Below, piece by piece: positions 45,562 through 55,150 of a DNA stretch of 64,000 nt; positions within the stretch are counted from its first letter, which is position 1, and every line of letters begins with the position of its first letter. The DNA is from an uncultured Bacteroidaceae bacterium. GTDB taxonomy: Bacteria; Bacillota; Clostridia; Christensenellales; CAG-917. The stretch covers positions 5,754 through 69,753 of the forward strand of contig CAZJZV010000001.1 of NCBI GenBank assembly GCA_964550635.1, read 5' to 3'. The position numbers were made by a program, and so were the translations under genes. The notes under the pieces were generated by a model. That model did no database searches and had not been told where the DNA came from. It was given only the letters and a program-made list of their open reading frames with translations.

Positions 45562-45578
45562 TAAGTAAGGAGCGACAA

Positions 45579-46043
45579 GTGAAATTTCTATCTGATGATG
45601 CGAAAAATGTAGTCGAAAACGCAATAAACACTGCGGTTTCCGCCCTTGGCGAAATCGAAATCGTGGAAATCCGCTATTCGACGGAGTACGGCAAAGACAA
45701 TTTGACGGTGTTCATTTGGTCGCCCGACGGCGTCGACCTCGACAAATGCGAAACCGTCCACAACGCAGTTTCCGACGTACTCGACGGATACGAGGACCTT
45801 TTCCCAGAAGACTACGTGCTCAACGTATCTTCATCGGGACTGGATAGACCGATAGTCACGGACGACGACTTCCGTCGCGCACTCGGCACTGAAATCGAAA
45901 TCACCGCCGACAAAAAGAAATCTCACGGCACTTTGACGTCCTACGATAGCGACAACGCAACCATTCTCACGGACGGCAAATCACCGAAAGAAATAACCTT
46001 TTCAAGAAATAACATAAAAGCGAAGCCTTATATTAGGTTTTAG
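45579..46043 (+). CDS. rimP: Ribosome maturation factor RimP
   Basis: 154 aa from a GTG preceded by AAGGAG. Contains ...LTVFIWSPDGVDLDKCETVHNAVSDVLD.. and LNVSSSGLDRP. The ORF-track start at 45480 lies upstream of the leader hairpin. Confidence 0.88.
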   Translation: MKFLSDDAKNVVENAINTAVSALGEIEIVEIRYSTEYGKDNLTVFIWSPDGVDLDKCETVHNAVSDVLDGYEDLFPEDYVLNVSSSGLDRPIVTDDDFRRALGTEIEITADKKKSHGTLTSYDSDNATILTDGKSPKEITFSRNNIKAKPYIRF

Positions 46044-46053
46044 GAGGAACAAT

Positions 46054-47139
46054 ATGGCAAAAAAAGTTAAAGACGATTTCGGCGCAGACTTCTTTCCCGC
46101 GCTCGACGAACTCGTCAGAGAGAAGAAAATTGACAAGGCACTCTTGATTGAAGCACTCGAATCCGGGCTTGCTTCCGCATACAAGAAAGAGTATGGCGAA
46201 TCAATCAAAATCGCAGTCCGCCTGAATGAAGAAAAGGGCACGATCAAGGTTTATTCCTACCGCACCGTAGTCGAAGAAGTCACCGACGAAGATAGCGAAA
46301 TCTGCCTTGAAGACGCACTTCTCGAAAAGCCCACTGCAAAAATCGGTGAAGTTATCATCTCGGACATCACTCCCGAACACTTCAGTCGAATCGCAGCGCA
46401 AACCGCAAAACAAGTGGTTATGCAACGTCTTAACGACATCAAGAAAGAGTACGTCCTCAACGAAATGAGCGAAAAACAAGGCGAAATCGTCGGCGCAATC
46501 GTCAGAAGAAAAGAAGCCAACACCATTTACGTTGAAATCAGCGGTTCTCAAATGGAAGGCGTGATGATGCAATCCGACCAAGTTCCCACCGAAACCTACA
46601 ATCTCAACGATATGATCAAGGTCTACGTCAAGAAAATCCGCGACACCTTGAAAGGCGCACAAGTCGTCGTATCTCGTTCGTCCGCAGGATTTGTCAGACG
46701 CTTGTTTGAACTCGAAGTCCCCGAAATCAAAGCAGGACTCGTCAAAATCGCAAACGTCGTCCGCGAAGCAGGTTTCCGCACCAAAATCGCAGTGTACTCC
46801 GAAGATCCCAACGTTGACGCAGTCGGTTCTTGTATCGGCAATAAGGGCGTCCGCGTGAACGCAATCGTCGCAGAACTCGGCGGAGAAAAAATCGACGTCG
46901 TCGAATATTGCGCAGATCCTATCGAATATATCGCACGCGCATTGAGCCCCGCCCAAGTGCATATGGTTTCCATAAATGAAGAAGAGAAGACTGCACGTGT
47001 CATCGTATCCGACGACAAACTCAGTCTTGCAATCGGCAGAAACGGTCAAAACGCACGTCTTGCGGCGAAACTCACCAACTGGAAGATAGACGTCAAACCT
47101 CTCTCCAGCATCCAAACCGAAGCAGAAGATGCCGAATAA
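46054..47139 (+). CDS. nusA: Transcription termination/antitermination factor NusA
   Basis: 361 aa with NTD, S1, KH1 and KH2 (GIGNKGVRVNAIV-like CIGNKGVRVNAIV, AIGRNGQNARLA). Confidence 0.95.
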   Translation: MAKKVKDDFGADFFPALDELVREKKIDKALLIEALESGLASAYKKEYGESIKIAVRLNEEKGTIKVYSYRTVVEEVTDEDSEICLEDALLEKPTAKIGEVIISDITPEHFSRIAAQTAKQVVMQRLNDIKKEYVLNEMSEKQGEIVGAIVRRKEANTIYVEISGSQMEGVMMQSDQVPTETYNLNDMIKVYVKKIRDTLKGAQVVVSRSSAGFVRRLFELEVPEIKAGLVKIANVVREAGFRTKIAVYSEDPNVDAVGSCIGNKGVRVNAIVAELGGEKIDVVEYCADPIEYIARALSPAQVHMVSINEEEKTARVIVSDDKLSLAIGRNGQNARLAAKLTNWKIDVKPLSSIQTEAEDAE

Positions 47140-47386
47140 TCCGAAAAATACTCGCAAATGCGCGGTGTGTAGATTGCACGCCGACAAGTCCGAACTTATC
47201 CGCGTCGTGAAGACCGCAGACGGTATCAAAATCGACGTTACGGGCAAGGCGGACGGCAGAGGAGCGTATATCCATAAAGACTCGAAATGCATAGATCTTG
47301 CAAAAAAACGTAGAGTTTTGAACTATGCATTCAAAACCGCGGTTCCCGACGAGGTGTATGATGAACTCGATCAATTCAAAGATTAA
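47129..47386 (+). CDS. ylxR: YlxR/RnpM family (DUF448) RNA-binding protein
   Basis: 85 aa. Contains RKCAVCR....K.ELIRVV and GRGAYIH. Confidence 0.9.
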   Translation: MPNNPKNTRKCAVCRLHADKSELIRVVKTADGIKIDVTGKADGRGAYIHKDSKCIDLAKKRRVLNYAFKTAVPDEVYDELDQFKD

Positions 47387-47648
47387 ATCCTACGTCGGTC
47401 TCGCGATAAGAAGCGGTAGCGTTTTGTTCGGTGAAGACAAAATCACCGAGAAAATCTCCGCTTGTGCGGTGGTGCTTATAGATTCTTCCGCCACCGAAAA
47501 GTATATAACCAGAATGACGACTCGTTGTTCGTCCGTCCCGACTTTCGTGTTGGACGGCGTATCGGACGCGACTTGTCGTACCGAAGTCCTTTCAGTCGCC
47601 ATAACGAACGACGGTCTTGCAAAGGCGATAATTGAAAATCTCAGGTAA
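47358..47648 (+). CDS. ylxQ: L7Ae-family RNA-binding protein YlxQ
   Basis: About 96 aa. Contains ...SYVGLAIRSGSVLFGEDKI.... The start is uncertain (ATG at 47358 or 47361). It lies between ylxR and infB. Confidence 0.8.
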   Translation: MMNSINSKIKSYVGLAIRSGSVLFGEDKITEKISACAVVLIDSSATEKYITRMTTRCSSVPTFVLDGVSDATCRTEVLSVAITNDGLAKAIIENLR

Positions 47649-47666
47649 TGAACGGAGGCAATATTC

Positions 47667-50354
47667 ATGGCCGAAAACAGAAGCAACCCTCAAGAAGTCA
47701 TCAAGTTGTTGCAATCTTACAAAAGCGATAAACTTGCAGGTTTGACGAGCGATTTGTCTCGCGAAAAGAGTCGCGCGACTGTTTTGCGTAACTCTATCAA
47801 CGCAAAAATAGCCGAACTCAAAGAAATTGAAGAGAAAAAATCTCAAGCGGTTCAAGAAGTCGAAACCGTCGTCGCTCCCGTCCAAAAGGTCGAAACTCCC
47901 GTTGTCGAGGAGAAGAAACCCGAAGTCGTAGCAGTTCCAGTCAAACCGGTATCCGAGGAACCGAAAGCGGAAGTCAAAACCGCTCCCGTCAAGGAAGATA
48001 AACCTCAAGATAAAAAGGTTAAACCTGAGAAGGATAAACAAAAACAACCCGAGAAAAAAGCGGATAAGCCTGCAAAACCCGCAGCGCCCGACGCTCCCGT
48101 TGAAGTCAGTAGGACTCAAACGGGCAAGCCGAACGTTTGGCTCATCAAATTCTCCGACGGAACGCAAAGGGAAACTTACATTCCTCCCGAAAAGCCTAAA
48201 AAGACTGAAACCACCCGTGTGTTCCCCGGTGGATATAATTCAAAAGGTCAACGTCCCGACCAACGTCCGCAAAACGCAGGCGGACAACGTCCTGCGCCCA
48301 CTCAACAACGTCAATTCGGCGCGAACAACACTAGCATCGCAAACGCGGCGCAACAATTCCCGCCGACAAAACAGGGCAATCAACGCGGTAAAGGCAACGG
48401 CAAACCCGCAAACGACGGTTCGAAGAAACTCCAAGAAAACGGCGCGAATAAGTATCAACTTATGAAACGCGGTTATATCGTTGACGAAACCAGAGCAATG
48501 ACGGACGACGAAGCGGATTTCCGCGTTCGTTCCGCCAAGAACAAGCAAAAAGGGCAGGTGTCCAAAAACACCGTCGTCATCGACCACGCAGTCATTACGA
48601 CCGACCCTGTGCCTATCAAGGTATTGAGCGAAAAAATCGGCAAACCTGGTGCGGAAATCATTCGCACGCTCTTCCTTCTCGGCATCATCAAGAATATCAA
48701 CGAGAGCATCGACTTTGAAACCGCCGAACTCGTTACGTCCGAAATCAGCAAGGATAATCCTATCACCCTTGAACTGCGCCCCGAATCCACTTTCGAGGAC
48801 GAACTCGCAAAACGCAACGAAGAACTCGACCTTCAAGGCATTGATAAACTCGTCACCCGTCCCCCTGTCGTCACGATTATGGGACACGTCGACCACGGCA
48901 AAACTTCCTTGCTCGACTATATCCGCAAAGCAAACGTTACGAGCGGTGAAGCGGGCGGTATAACCCAACATATCGGCGCATACACGATTTCCTTGAACGG
49001 AAGTCCTATCACTTTCCTTGATACACCGGGACACGAAGCGTTCACGTCCATGCGTGCAAGAGGCGCACAAGTCACCGATATAGCGATACTCGTCGTCGCG
49101 GCAGACGACGGCATCATGCCCCAAACCATCGAGGCAATCAACCACGCAAAAATTGCAAACGTTCCCATCATCGTCGCTTGCAACAAGATAGACAAAGTCG
49201 CCGCAAATCCCGACAGAGTTTTGCAACAACTCACCGAACACGGTCTTCTCCCCGAAGAATGGGGCGGAGAAACTCCCGTTGTCAGAGTGTCCGCAAAGAC
49301 GGGCGAAGGCGTCGAAAATCTCCTTGAACAAATCCTTGTTCAAGCGGAAGTCAGTGAACTCAAAGCAAATCCCGACCGTCCTGCAAAAGGCACCGTCATC
49401 GAAGCGAAAATGGACAAAGGTCTTGGCAAAATCGCAACCGTCCTCGTCCAAAGCGGTACTCTCAAATGCGGCGACGAAATCATCGCAGGCACTTGCACCG
49501 GTAGAGTCAAGGTTATGGTCGACGATAAGGGCAAACACGTCAAGAAAGCAGGTCCCGCAACTCCCGTATCCGTCACCGGTTGGGACGACCTTCCCGAAGC
49601 AGGGGACATTATGGATGCAGTCGAAAGCGACAAATTCGCGCGTTCGCTCTCCGAAGAAAGACGCCTTAAAGCAAGCCTAAATAGCGATGCGGGCAAATCT
49701 TTCTCCCTTGACGACTTGTTTGAACAAGCGTCCGCGGGTGAACTTAAATCTGTCAGTCTTATTCTCAAAGCGGACGTACAAGGTTCTCTCGAAGCGGTCA
49801 AACAATCCCTTCTCAAACTCGGCAACGAAGAAGTCAAAATCAATATCATTCACGGGGCAGTCGGCGCAATCAACGAAAGCGACGTCACCCTTGCGGATAC
49901 CGCCCATGCAATCATCATCGGTTTCAACGTTCGTCCCGATGCGAACGCGAAGTCGCTCGCCGCACAAAAGAAGATCGAAATCAGATTCTACAACATTATC
50001 TATAAGTTGATAGAAGACATCGAAGCGGCAATCAAAGGCTTGCTCGCACCCAAGTTCAATCAAGTCGAACTCGGTTCTGCGGAAGTCAGAGAAATCTTCA
50101 AGATTTCGGGTGTCGGCACTATCGCAGGTTGCCACGTCATCTCGGGCAAAATCCTCAGAAAAGCCAAAGCAAGACTCGTCCGCAACGGCAAGGTCGAAGT
50201 GGATACCGAAATCGAATCTCTCCGCCACGGCAAAGACGACGTCAAGGAAATCGCAAAAGATTACGATTGCGGCATAATGCTCAAGAACTATCCCGACGTC
50301 AAGGTCGGCGACGTCATCGAAGCATACACTATGGAGCAAGTAAATGAAGGTTAA
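47667..50354 (+). CDS. infB: Translation initiation factor IF-2
   Basis: 895 aa. K/P/E-rich N-terminal region. G-domain motifs [20 protein letters not shown] and NKID. Confidence 0.96.
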   Translation: MAENRSNPQEVIKLLQSYKSDKLAGLTSDLSREKSRATVLRNSINAKIAELKEIEEKKSQAVQEVETVVAPVQKVETPVVEEKKPEVVAVPVKPVSEEPKAEVKTAPVKEDKPQDKKVKPEKDKQKQPEKKADKPAKPAAPDAPVEVSRTQTGKPNVWLIKFSDGTQRETYIPPEKPKKTETTRVFPGGYNSKGQRPDQRPQNAGGQRPAPTQQRQFGANNTSIANAAQQFPPTKQGNQRGKGNGKPANDGSKKLQENGANKYQLMKRGYIVDETRAMTDDEADFRVRSAKNKQKGQVSKNTVVIDHAVITTDPVPIKVLSEKIGKPGAEIIRTLFLLGIIKNINESIDFETAELVTSEISKDNPITLELRPESTFEDELAKRNEELDLQGIDKLVTRPPVVTIMGHVDHGKTSLLDYIRKANVTSGEAGGITQHIGAYTISLNGSPITFLDTPGHEAFTSMRARGAQVTDIAILVVAADDGIMPQTIEAINHAKIANVPIIVACNKIDKVAANPDRVLQQLTEHGLLPEEWGGETPVVRVSAKTGEGVENLLEQILVQAEVSELKANPDRPAKGTVIEAKMDKGLGKIATVLVQSGTLKCGDEIIAGTCTGRVKVMVDDKGKHVKKAGPATPVSVTGWDDLPEAGDIMDAVESDKFARSLSEERRLKASLNSDAGKSFSLDDLFEQASAGELKSVSLILKADVQGSLEAVKQSLLKLGNEEVKINIIHGAVGAINESDVTLADTAHAIIIGFNVRPDANAKSLAAQKKIEIRFYNIIYKLIEDIEAAIKGLLAPKFNQVELGSAEVREIFKISGVGTIAGCHVISGKILRKAKARLVRNGKVEVDTEIESLRHGKDDVKEIAKDYDCGIMLKNYPDVKVGDVIEAYTMEQVNEG

Positions 50355-50712
50355 ACTTGAAAGAGTAAACTCCGAATTGCAACGCCAGATTTCAAAAATA
50401 ATCGTGGCGGATATCAAAGACCCGCGCGTGCAAAACGGAATCATCAGCGTTACCAAAGTCAAAACTACGCCCGATCTAAAATACGCGAAGGTGTATATTT
50501 CCGTGTACGCAGATATGGACGAGAAGAAGAAAGAAGCGTTCGACACCGTCGTCAGAAGCAGAGTTTTCATTCGCAATATGCTCAAAGACGCGGTGCAAAT
50601 GCGCCTTATCCCCGAACTCAACTTCGTCATCGACGACAGTTTGGACTACGGTATGAAGATTGACAAAATCTTATCCGAAATGGTGATCCCGCCCGAAGAA
50701 ACGGAAGAATAA
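50344..50712 (+). CDS. rbfA: Ribosome-binding factor A
   Basis: 122 aa. Contains R..R...E.Q+.IS.I....IKDPRV... and PEL.F..D. Confidence 0.92.
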   Translation: MKVKLERVNSELQRQISKIIVADIKDPRVQNGIISVTKVKTTPDLKYAKVYISVYADMDEKKKEAFDTVVRSRVFIRNMLKDAVQMRLIPELNFVIDDSLDYGMKIDKILSEMVIPPEETEE

Positions 50713-50714
50713 TT

Positions 50715-51680
50715 ATGGACAAGCTTGCAAAGGAAAGATTCGACGCAATAAACACCGAAATCAAAAAAGCGAATAGCATCGCGATATATTGCCATCGCAA
50801 TCCCGACGGCGACACGCTCGGTTGTGCGCTTGCGCTTTACTTTGCACTCACCGCCATGAACAAAGAAATCGAAGTATTTTGCGACGGAGAAATTCCCGAA
50901 AAATACCGCGAAATAAAAGGGGTAGACGTCATCACGCTCCCGAACAAACACGTGCACGATTTGTCCTTTGCCGTCGACGTATCGACGATGGGACAACTTG
51001 GCGGATCTCTCAAATCTTATCTCTCGTCAAAGAGATTGGTGGCGTTAGATCACCACAAATCCCACGAAAAGTTCTCGGATATCACCTACGTTGACGCGTC
51101 TGCCGCCGCTTGTGCGGAAGTCGTTTTCGAGTTTTTGAAATACTCGAAACGCATGTCCGACCTTATCGCAGAATCCCTTTTCACAGGTATCGTCACGGAT
51201 AGCGGTTGTTTCCAATTTTCTTCGACGACGAAACGCACACACGAAATCGCGTGCGAATTGCTTGAATACGATTTCGACTCGTCCGACGTTATATACAGGT
51301 GTTTCAAAAGGATTTCACCGAAAGTTTTTGCGCTCAAAAACAGGGTATACTCAAACGCCAAATTCTACGACGACGGAAAAATCGGCATAATTACTTTCCG
51401 CGAATCCGACTTCGAAGCAACCGGCACTTCGCAGTTTGATACCGAAGGTATCATCACAAGCATAATCGACGTCAGTACCGTGGAAGTCGCTTTCGCAATT
51501 TCCGAAGTGGGCGACAAATCCTACAAGGTCAGTGTGCGCACGAAAGTCAAAGTCGATGCAAGCGACCTTGCGTCAAGTTTTGGCGGGGGCGGACACCTTC
51601 GCGCGGCGGGACTTCGACTCAACGGATTTTACGAAGACGTAGTTGACAAACTCTTGAAAGCGGCACGCGATAGACTATGA
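50715..51680 (+). CDS. nrnA: DHH/DHHA1 phosphoesterase (NrnA-like oligoribonuclease / pAp phosphatase)
   Basis: 321 aa. Contains HRNPDGDTLG, DHH (LDHHKSH) and a C-terminal GGGGH. Confidence 0.88.
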   Translation: MDKLAKERFDAINTEIKKANSIAIYCHRNPDGDTLGCALALYFALTAMNKEIEVFCDGEIPEKYREIKGVDVITLPNKHVHDLSFAVDVSTMGQLGGSLKSYLSSKRLVALDHHKSHEKFSDITYVDASAAACAEVVFEFLKYSKRMSDLIAESLFTGIVTDSGCFQFSSTTKRTHEIACELLEYDFDSSDVIYRCFKRISPKVFALKNRVYSNAKFYDDGKIGIITFRESDFEATGTSQFDTEGIITSIIDVSTVEVAFAISEVGDKSYKVSVRTKVKVDASDLASSFGGGGHLRAAGLRLNGFYEDVVDKLLKAARDRL

Positions 51681-52543
51681 CTGTCAACGGTTTCGTAAAT
51701 ATCAACAAACCGCAAAATATGACGTCGAGCGACGTCGTCGTGAAAGTACGCGGAATATTGAGAAGGGTACTCGGCGAAAGACCGAAAGTAGGTCATCTCG
51801 GCACGTTGGACCCTATGGCTACAGGCGTTTTGCCGATTGCGGTCGGAAAGACTACGCGACTTTTCGACTTGATGCAGGAAAAACGCAAGACCTATATCGC
51901 AAAATTCAAATTCGGAATCGAAACGGACACTCTCGACGTTTGGGGAAAACAAACCGCGACTGCGGATTTCATCCCGACCGAAGACGATTTGAAAGCGGTC
52001 ATACCGTCGTTGACAGGCAAAATCGAGCAGTATCCACCGCTATATTCCGCAAAATCAATCAACGGCAAACGCGCTTACGACCTTGCAAGAGAAGGCAAGC
52101 AGTTTGAAATCCAACCAAAAACCGTAGAAATTTTAGAGATAGAATTTCTCGGCGGACAAGACGGCGAATATTCTTTCAAAATCGTTTGCGGAAGCGGTAC
52201 GTACATCCGTGCTATCGCGCGCGATATGGCTTCGCTCCTTAATACGAAAGCAATAATGACGGAATTGAACCGCATAGAATCAGGAAATTTCACCATTCAG
52301 GACTCGATAACGATAGAGGAGTTCGAGAAAAATCCTCTTGACTATATCCTGCCTATAGACAAAGGTCTGTGCTTTGAAAAGTTCGAGTTGCCGAGCGAAG
52401 ACCTAAAAAAAATACTTAACGGAGTGGCAACTCAATGCGATTTCGCGCCCGGAGAACCGTTCTTTGCAACGATAGGCGGTGAAATCATCGGTATAGCAAA
52501 TAAAATTAACGGATATATAAATATTCAAGTGAGGCTCAAATGA
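51677..52543 (+). CDS. truB: tRNA pseudouridine(55) synthase
   Basis: 288 aa. Contains GHLGTLDPMATGVLP and YSA.K..G.RAY.LAR.G. Confidence 0.94.
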   Translation: MTVNGFVNINKPQNMTSSDVVVKVRGILRRVLGERPKVGHLGTLDPMATGVLPIAVGKTTRLFDLMQEKRKTYIAKFKFGIETDTLDVWGKQTATADFIPTEDDLKAVIPSLTGKIEQYPPLYSAKSINGKRAYDLAREGKQFEIQPKTVEILEIEFLGGQDGEYSFKIVCGSGTYIRAIARDMASLLNTKAIMTELNRIESGNFTIQDSITIEEFEKNPLDYILPIDKGLCFEKFELPSEDLKKILNGVATQCDFAPGEPFFATIGGEIIGIANKINGYINIQVRLK

Positions 52544-53445
52544 ACAAACTGTATTTGGGAGAAAAGTTTGACGAGCCGATCGTTCTCGCGCTCGGCTTTT
52601 TCGACTGCATTCACCGCGGTCACGACGCTCTCATTAACGAAACCAAACGACTTGCCGACAAACTGCATGCGGAAAGCGCTATCACAACGTTTTCAAACGA
52701 CCCGAATAAACTCCTCGGCAAAAAACCGCAGATCTATACCATAACTGAACGGTTATATTTGTTTGAGCAGGCAGGCATTGAAAACGTACTCATATTCGAT
52801 TTCGACGAGAAATTCGCAAACTGCGAGCCCGAAGACGCAATCGAATATATTCTCGAACACTTTAACGTGGTCGGTATTGTCTTGGGCAAGGACTTTACCT
52901 TCGGTAAAGACGCTAGGGGCGATGCGAAAATGCTTAAAGACGTCGCGACGGAGAAGGGCATAAAAATCAAAATTATGCCGTTTGAAAAGTTCACCAACGA
53001 GAAAATTTCAAGCACAACCGTCAAAAAACACGTGGCAGAAGGCAATATCCAACTGGTGAATAGCTATCTTTCTCGTCCGTACTTCACAATAGGCGAAGTC
53101 ATCCACGCAAAAGAGCGCGGAAGAATCCTTGGCTATCCGACTGCCAACCTGTCCGTGCACGAAGATACTACGCTTTTAGGCACGGGTATCTACGTCACGA
53201 AGATTTACGTCGACGGAAAGTCCTATATCGGAGTAACCAACGTCGGTCCGAAACTCACTTTCAGTGACAACGATTACACCGTAGAAACGCACATCCACAA
53301 CTTCTCGAAGGACATCTACGGAAAAACCGTCAGATTAGAATACTACAAAAAGATACGCGAGGTCTACAAATTCAACTCGATACCGCATTTGGTCGCTCAA
53401 ATCCAATCGGACGAGAAGTCGTCTCTCGATTTCTTCAAAGGTTAA
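52540..53445 (+). CDS. ribF: Bifunctional riboflavin kinase / FMN adenylyltransferase
   Basis: 301 aa. Contains GFFDCIHRGH and a C-terminal kinase domain (GYPTANL, ...VETHI..F..D.YG). Confidence 0.93.
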   Translation: MNKLYLGEKFDEPIVLALGFFDCIHRGHDALINETKRLADKLHAESAITTFSNDPNKLLGKKPQIYTITERLYLFEQAGIENVLIFDFDEKFANCEPEDAIEYILEHFNVVGIVLGKDFTFGKDARGDAKMLKDVATEKGIKIKIMPFEKFTNEKISSTTVKKHVAEGNIQLVNSYLSRPYFTIGEVIHAKERGRILGYPTANLSVHEDTTLLGTGIYVTKIYVDGKSYIGVTNVGPKLTFSDNDYTVETHIHNFSKDIYGKTVRLEYYKKIREVYKFNSIPHLVAQIQSDEKSSLDFFKG

Positions 53446-53446
53446 A

Positions 53447-54313
53447 ATGAACATAGCAAAATTCGGTCCGTCAGGACATTCAGAAAGTTTTTCGCTCGAA
53501 CACTCGGCAACCATAGAAATGCCGAAGTGGATTTCTGCGCGCGGACTTGAACTTTTTGAATATTCCTTTGGAAAAGGGGTGCGAATTTCAAGCGAAACCG
53601 CGACGGCAATAGGGCAGGAAGCGGAAAAATACGGCATCGAAATGAGTGTTCACGCACCGTATTTTATCAGTTTCGCATCGTTAGAACCGCAAAAAGTCGA
53701 AAATTCCATTACATACTTGACCTCATCTCTCAAAGTCTTGCGCCACTTCGGCGGACAGAGATGCGTATTCCACACGGGATCGGAAAACGGTCAACCGAGA
53801 AAGGAAGCGTTTGCGCGTGCCAAAGACGCTTTTTCCCGCGCACTTGATGAAATCAGGGCGGAAGGACTTGACGATATGTACGTTTGCCCCGAAACCATGG
53901 GAAAATCCGCTCAAATCGGCACCGTTGAAGAGATTATCGAACTTTGCAATCTCGCGCCAAACGTCTATCCATGCATCGACTTCGGACATATCAATGCGCT
54001 TTACGGCGGATCTTTGAAGTGCGCAGACGATTTTCAGGCAATCGTAGACAAACTTTTCGACGGAATAGGGGAAGAGAAAACCAAAAATATGCACGTACAT
54101 TTCAGCAAAATCATGTACGGACCAAAGGGCGAAATCAAACATTTGACGTTTGAAGACACCGTCTACGGTCCCGAATTTGATGGTTTTGCCGAAGTCATCG
54201 TCAAAAACGGTCTCACCCCGCACGTTCTGTCAGAATCCGCAGGCACGCAAGCAGAAGACGCTCAAACAATAAAATCTCTCTATCAAAACGCCTTCAACAG
54301 CCTGCCAAAATAG
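53447..54313 (+). CDS. Endonuclease IV-like TIM-barrel protein (AP endonuclease family 2 fold)
   Basis: 288 aa. Motif series parallels Nfo: VHAPYFISF, CVFHTGS, CPETMGK, CIDFGHINA, HVHFSK. Confidence 0.65.
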   Translation: MNIAKFGPSGHSESFSLEHSATIEMPKWISARGLELFEYSFGKGVRISSETATAIGQEAEKYGIEMSVHAPYFISFASLEPQKVENSITYLTSSLKVLRHFGGQRCVFHTGSENGQPRKEAFARAKDAFSRALDEIRAEGLDDMYVCPETMGKSAQIGTVEEIIELCNLAPNVYPCIDFGHINALYGGSLKCADDFQAIVDKLFDGIGEEKTKNMHVHFSKIMYGPKGEIKHLTFEDTVYGPEFDGFAEVIVKNGLTPHVLSESAGTQAEDAQTIKSLYQNAFNSLPK

Positions 54314-54581
54314 CAAACGTACACCGCATATTTCATTATATATTGCTTTATTTGCGGTATTTAGCAAACGCATTCAACGATACACACGTAAATAATATTT
54401 CGTTAGCGACGTTCTCCTTGTGTTTTTCACATTGCTAATATAGAAGTCTTAACTCCTTCACGTGACTCTACTCATTCAGTATGCGCACTTAGTTTGTGGC
54501 ATTTATCCCAACAAAATATCCGAAAACGGCAATTTAATCTTGACGATAACCATAAACCGTGATAGGATAAAAAAGTAGAGA

Positions 54582-54616
54582 GTGTCTGCGGAACTCCGAC
54601 ACCCTATTTTTGTTTT
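54582..54616 (+). terminator. Intrinsic terminator (first of a tandem pair) at the end of the long + strand block
   Basis: Interrupted stem GTGT..CGGA/TCCG.ACAC followed by TTTTTGTTTT. It is preceded by a promoter-like TTGACG-17-TAGGAT (54540-54568). Confidence 0.55.
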
Positions 54617-54617
54617 A

Positions 54618-54668
54618 GTCGTCTATCAAGCCCTGTAGCAACAAGCGTTGGTAGACGGCTTTTCATTT
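54618..54668 (+). terminator. Second hairpin/terminator
   Basis: 12-bp stem GTCGTCTATCAA/TTGGTAGACGGC (two G-U pairs), 18-nt loop, then TTTTCATTT. Confidence 0.45.
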
Positions 54669-54887
54669 GCTTCCAAAACAATTCCAAAAATCACGCATTT
54701 TTTCATATTCAGTAACCGCAACCATCAAAAATATACCAAAGCAAACTTGAAAATTGAGCATAAACGCAGGGCAGTGATCGCTAAAAAACGACTTTTTACT
54801 AAATCCATCCAAATTCAACCGACAGCAATAGAAAAATTTAACGGTAATTTTACCGTGCTTTATAGGTTAGGGTATAAGGTGTTTTTA

Positions 54888-54916
54888 TTGACTTCATTAA
54901 GTATACGTGATAAAAT
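54888..54916 (+). promoter_or_regulatory. Near-consensus promoter reading antisense across the 24-aa ORF (candidate antitoxin RNA promoter)
   Basis: TTGACT-17 nt-TAAAAT. The predicted start near 54921-54923 coincides with an ATG that opens a 28-codon ORF (54923..55009) with no SD. Confidence 0.55.
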
Positions 54917-54930
54917 ACGCAAATGGGAGG

Positions 54931-55005
54931 TTATTCGCTCTCGGATAGTTCTTTAATTATCTGTATTGTTACTAACACAATTTGCAAGATTAGCAGTAAC
55001 TTCAT
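54931..55005 (-). CDS. 24-aa hydrophobic peptide, candidate type I toxin (Fst/Ldr-like architecture)
   Basis: AAAGGAGG lies 8 nt upstream of the ATG. MKLLLILQIVLVTIQIIKELSESE has a hydrophobic helix and an acidic tail. It is fully overlapped by the transcript predicted from the convergent + promoter. Its own upstream TTGACT (55051-55056) lacks a good -10. Confidence 0.45.
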   Translation of the reverse strand: MKLLLILQIVLVTIQIIKELSESE

Positions 55006-55150
55006 TTGAATAACCTCCTTTTCATTTTTGCGTATTACGTATACGTTTTAAGTCAATAAAAAGTAGGGTGTTATACGGTAAAATTGTTCGAAAAAAGCGG
55101 TAATTTTTACCGCTTTTAATCTACTTACGTAATCTTCAATTTTTGACCTC

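Larger units (their letters stand above)
54841..55117. repeat. Imperfect ~95-nt-arm inverted repeat forming two face-to-face promoter/SD modules
   Basis: The arms share the blocks AATTTTACCGT, TTTTTATTGACTT, GTATACGT, AATACGCAAA and GGAGGTTATTC in inverted order. The outer hairpins are ACGGTAATTTTACCGT (54841-54856) and A6-GCGGTAA-TTT-TTACCGC-T4 (55091-55117). Confidence 0.8.

Noticed and set aside
45340-45578. Possibility that the short PolC-like gene is a frameshifted or truncated pseudogene whose remainder lies downstream.
   Set aside because: Only ~240 nt separate its stop from rimP. That DNA contains a strong terminator, AT-rich promoter-like sequence and a leader hairpin, and no frame encodes PolC-like sequence.
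54648-54956. 102-aa + strand ORF in the island.
   Set aside because: It starts inside a terminator hairpin, has no SD, runs through the left hairpin and the promoter of the inverted-repeat module, and its composition looks non-protein-like.
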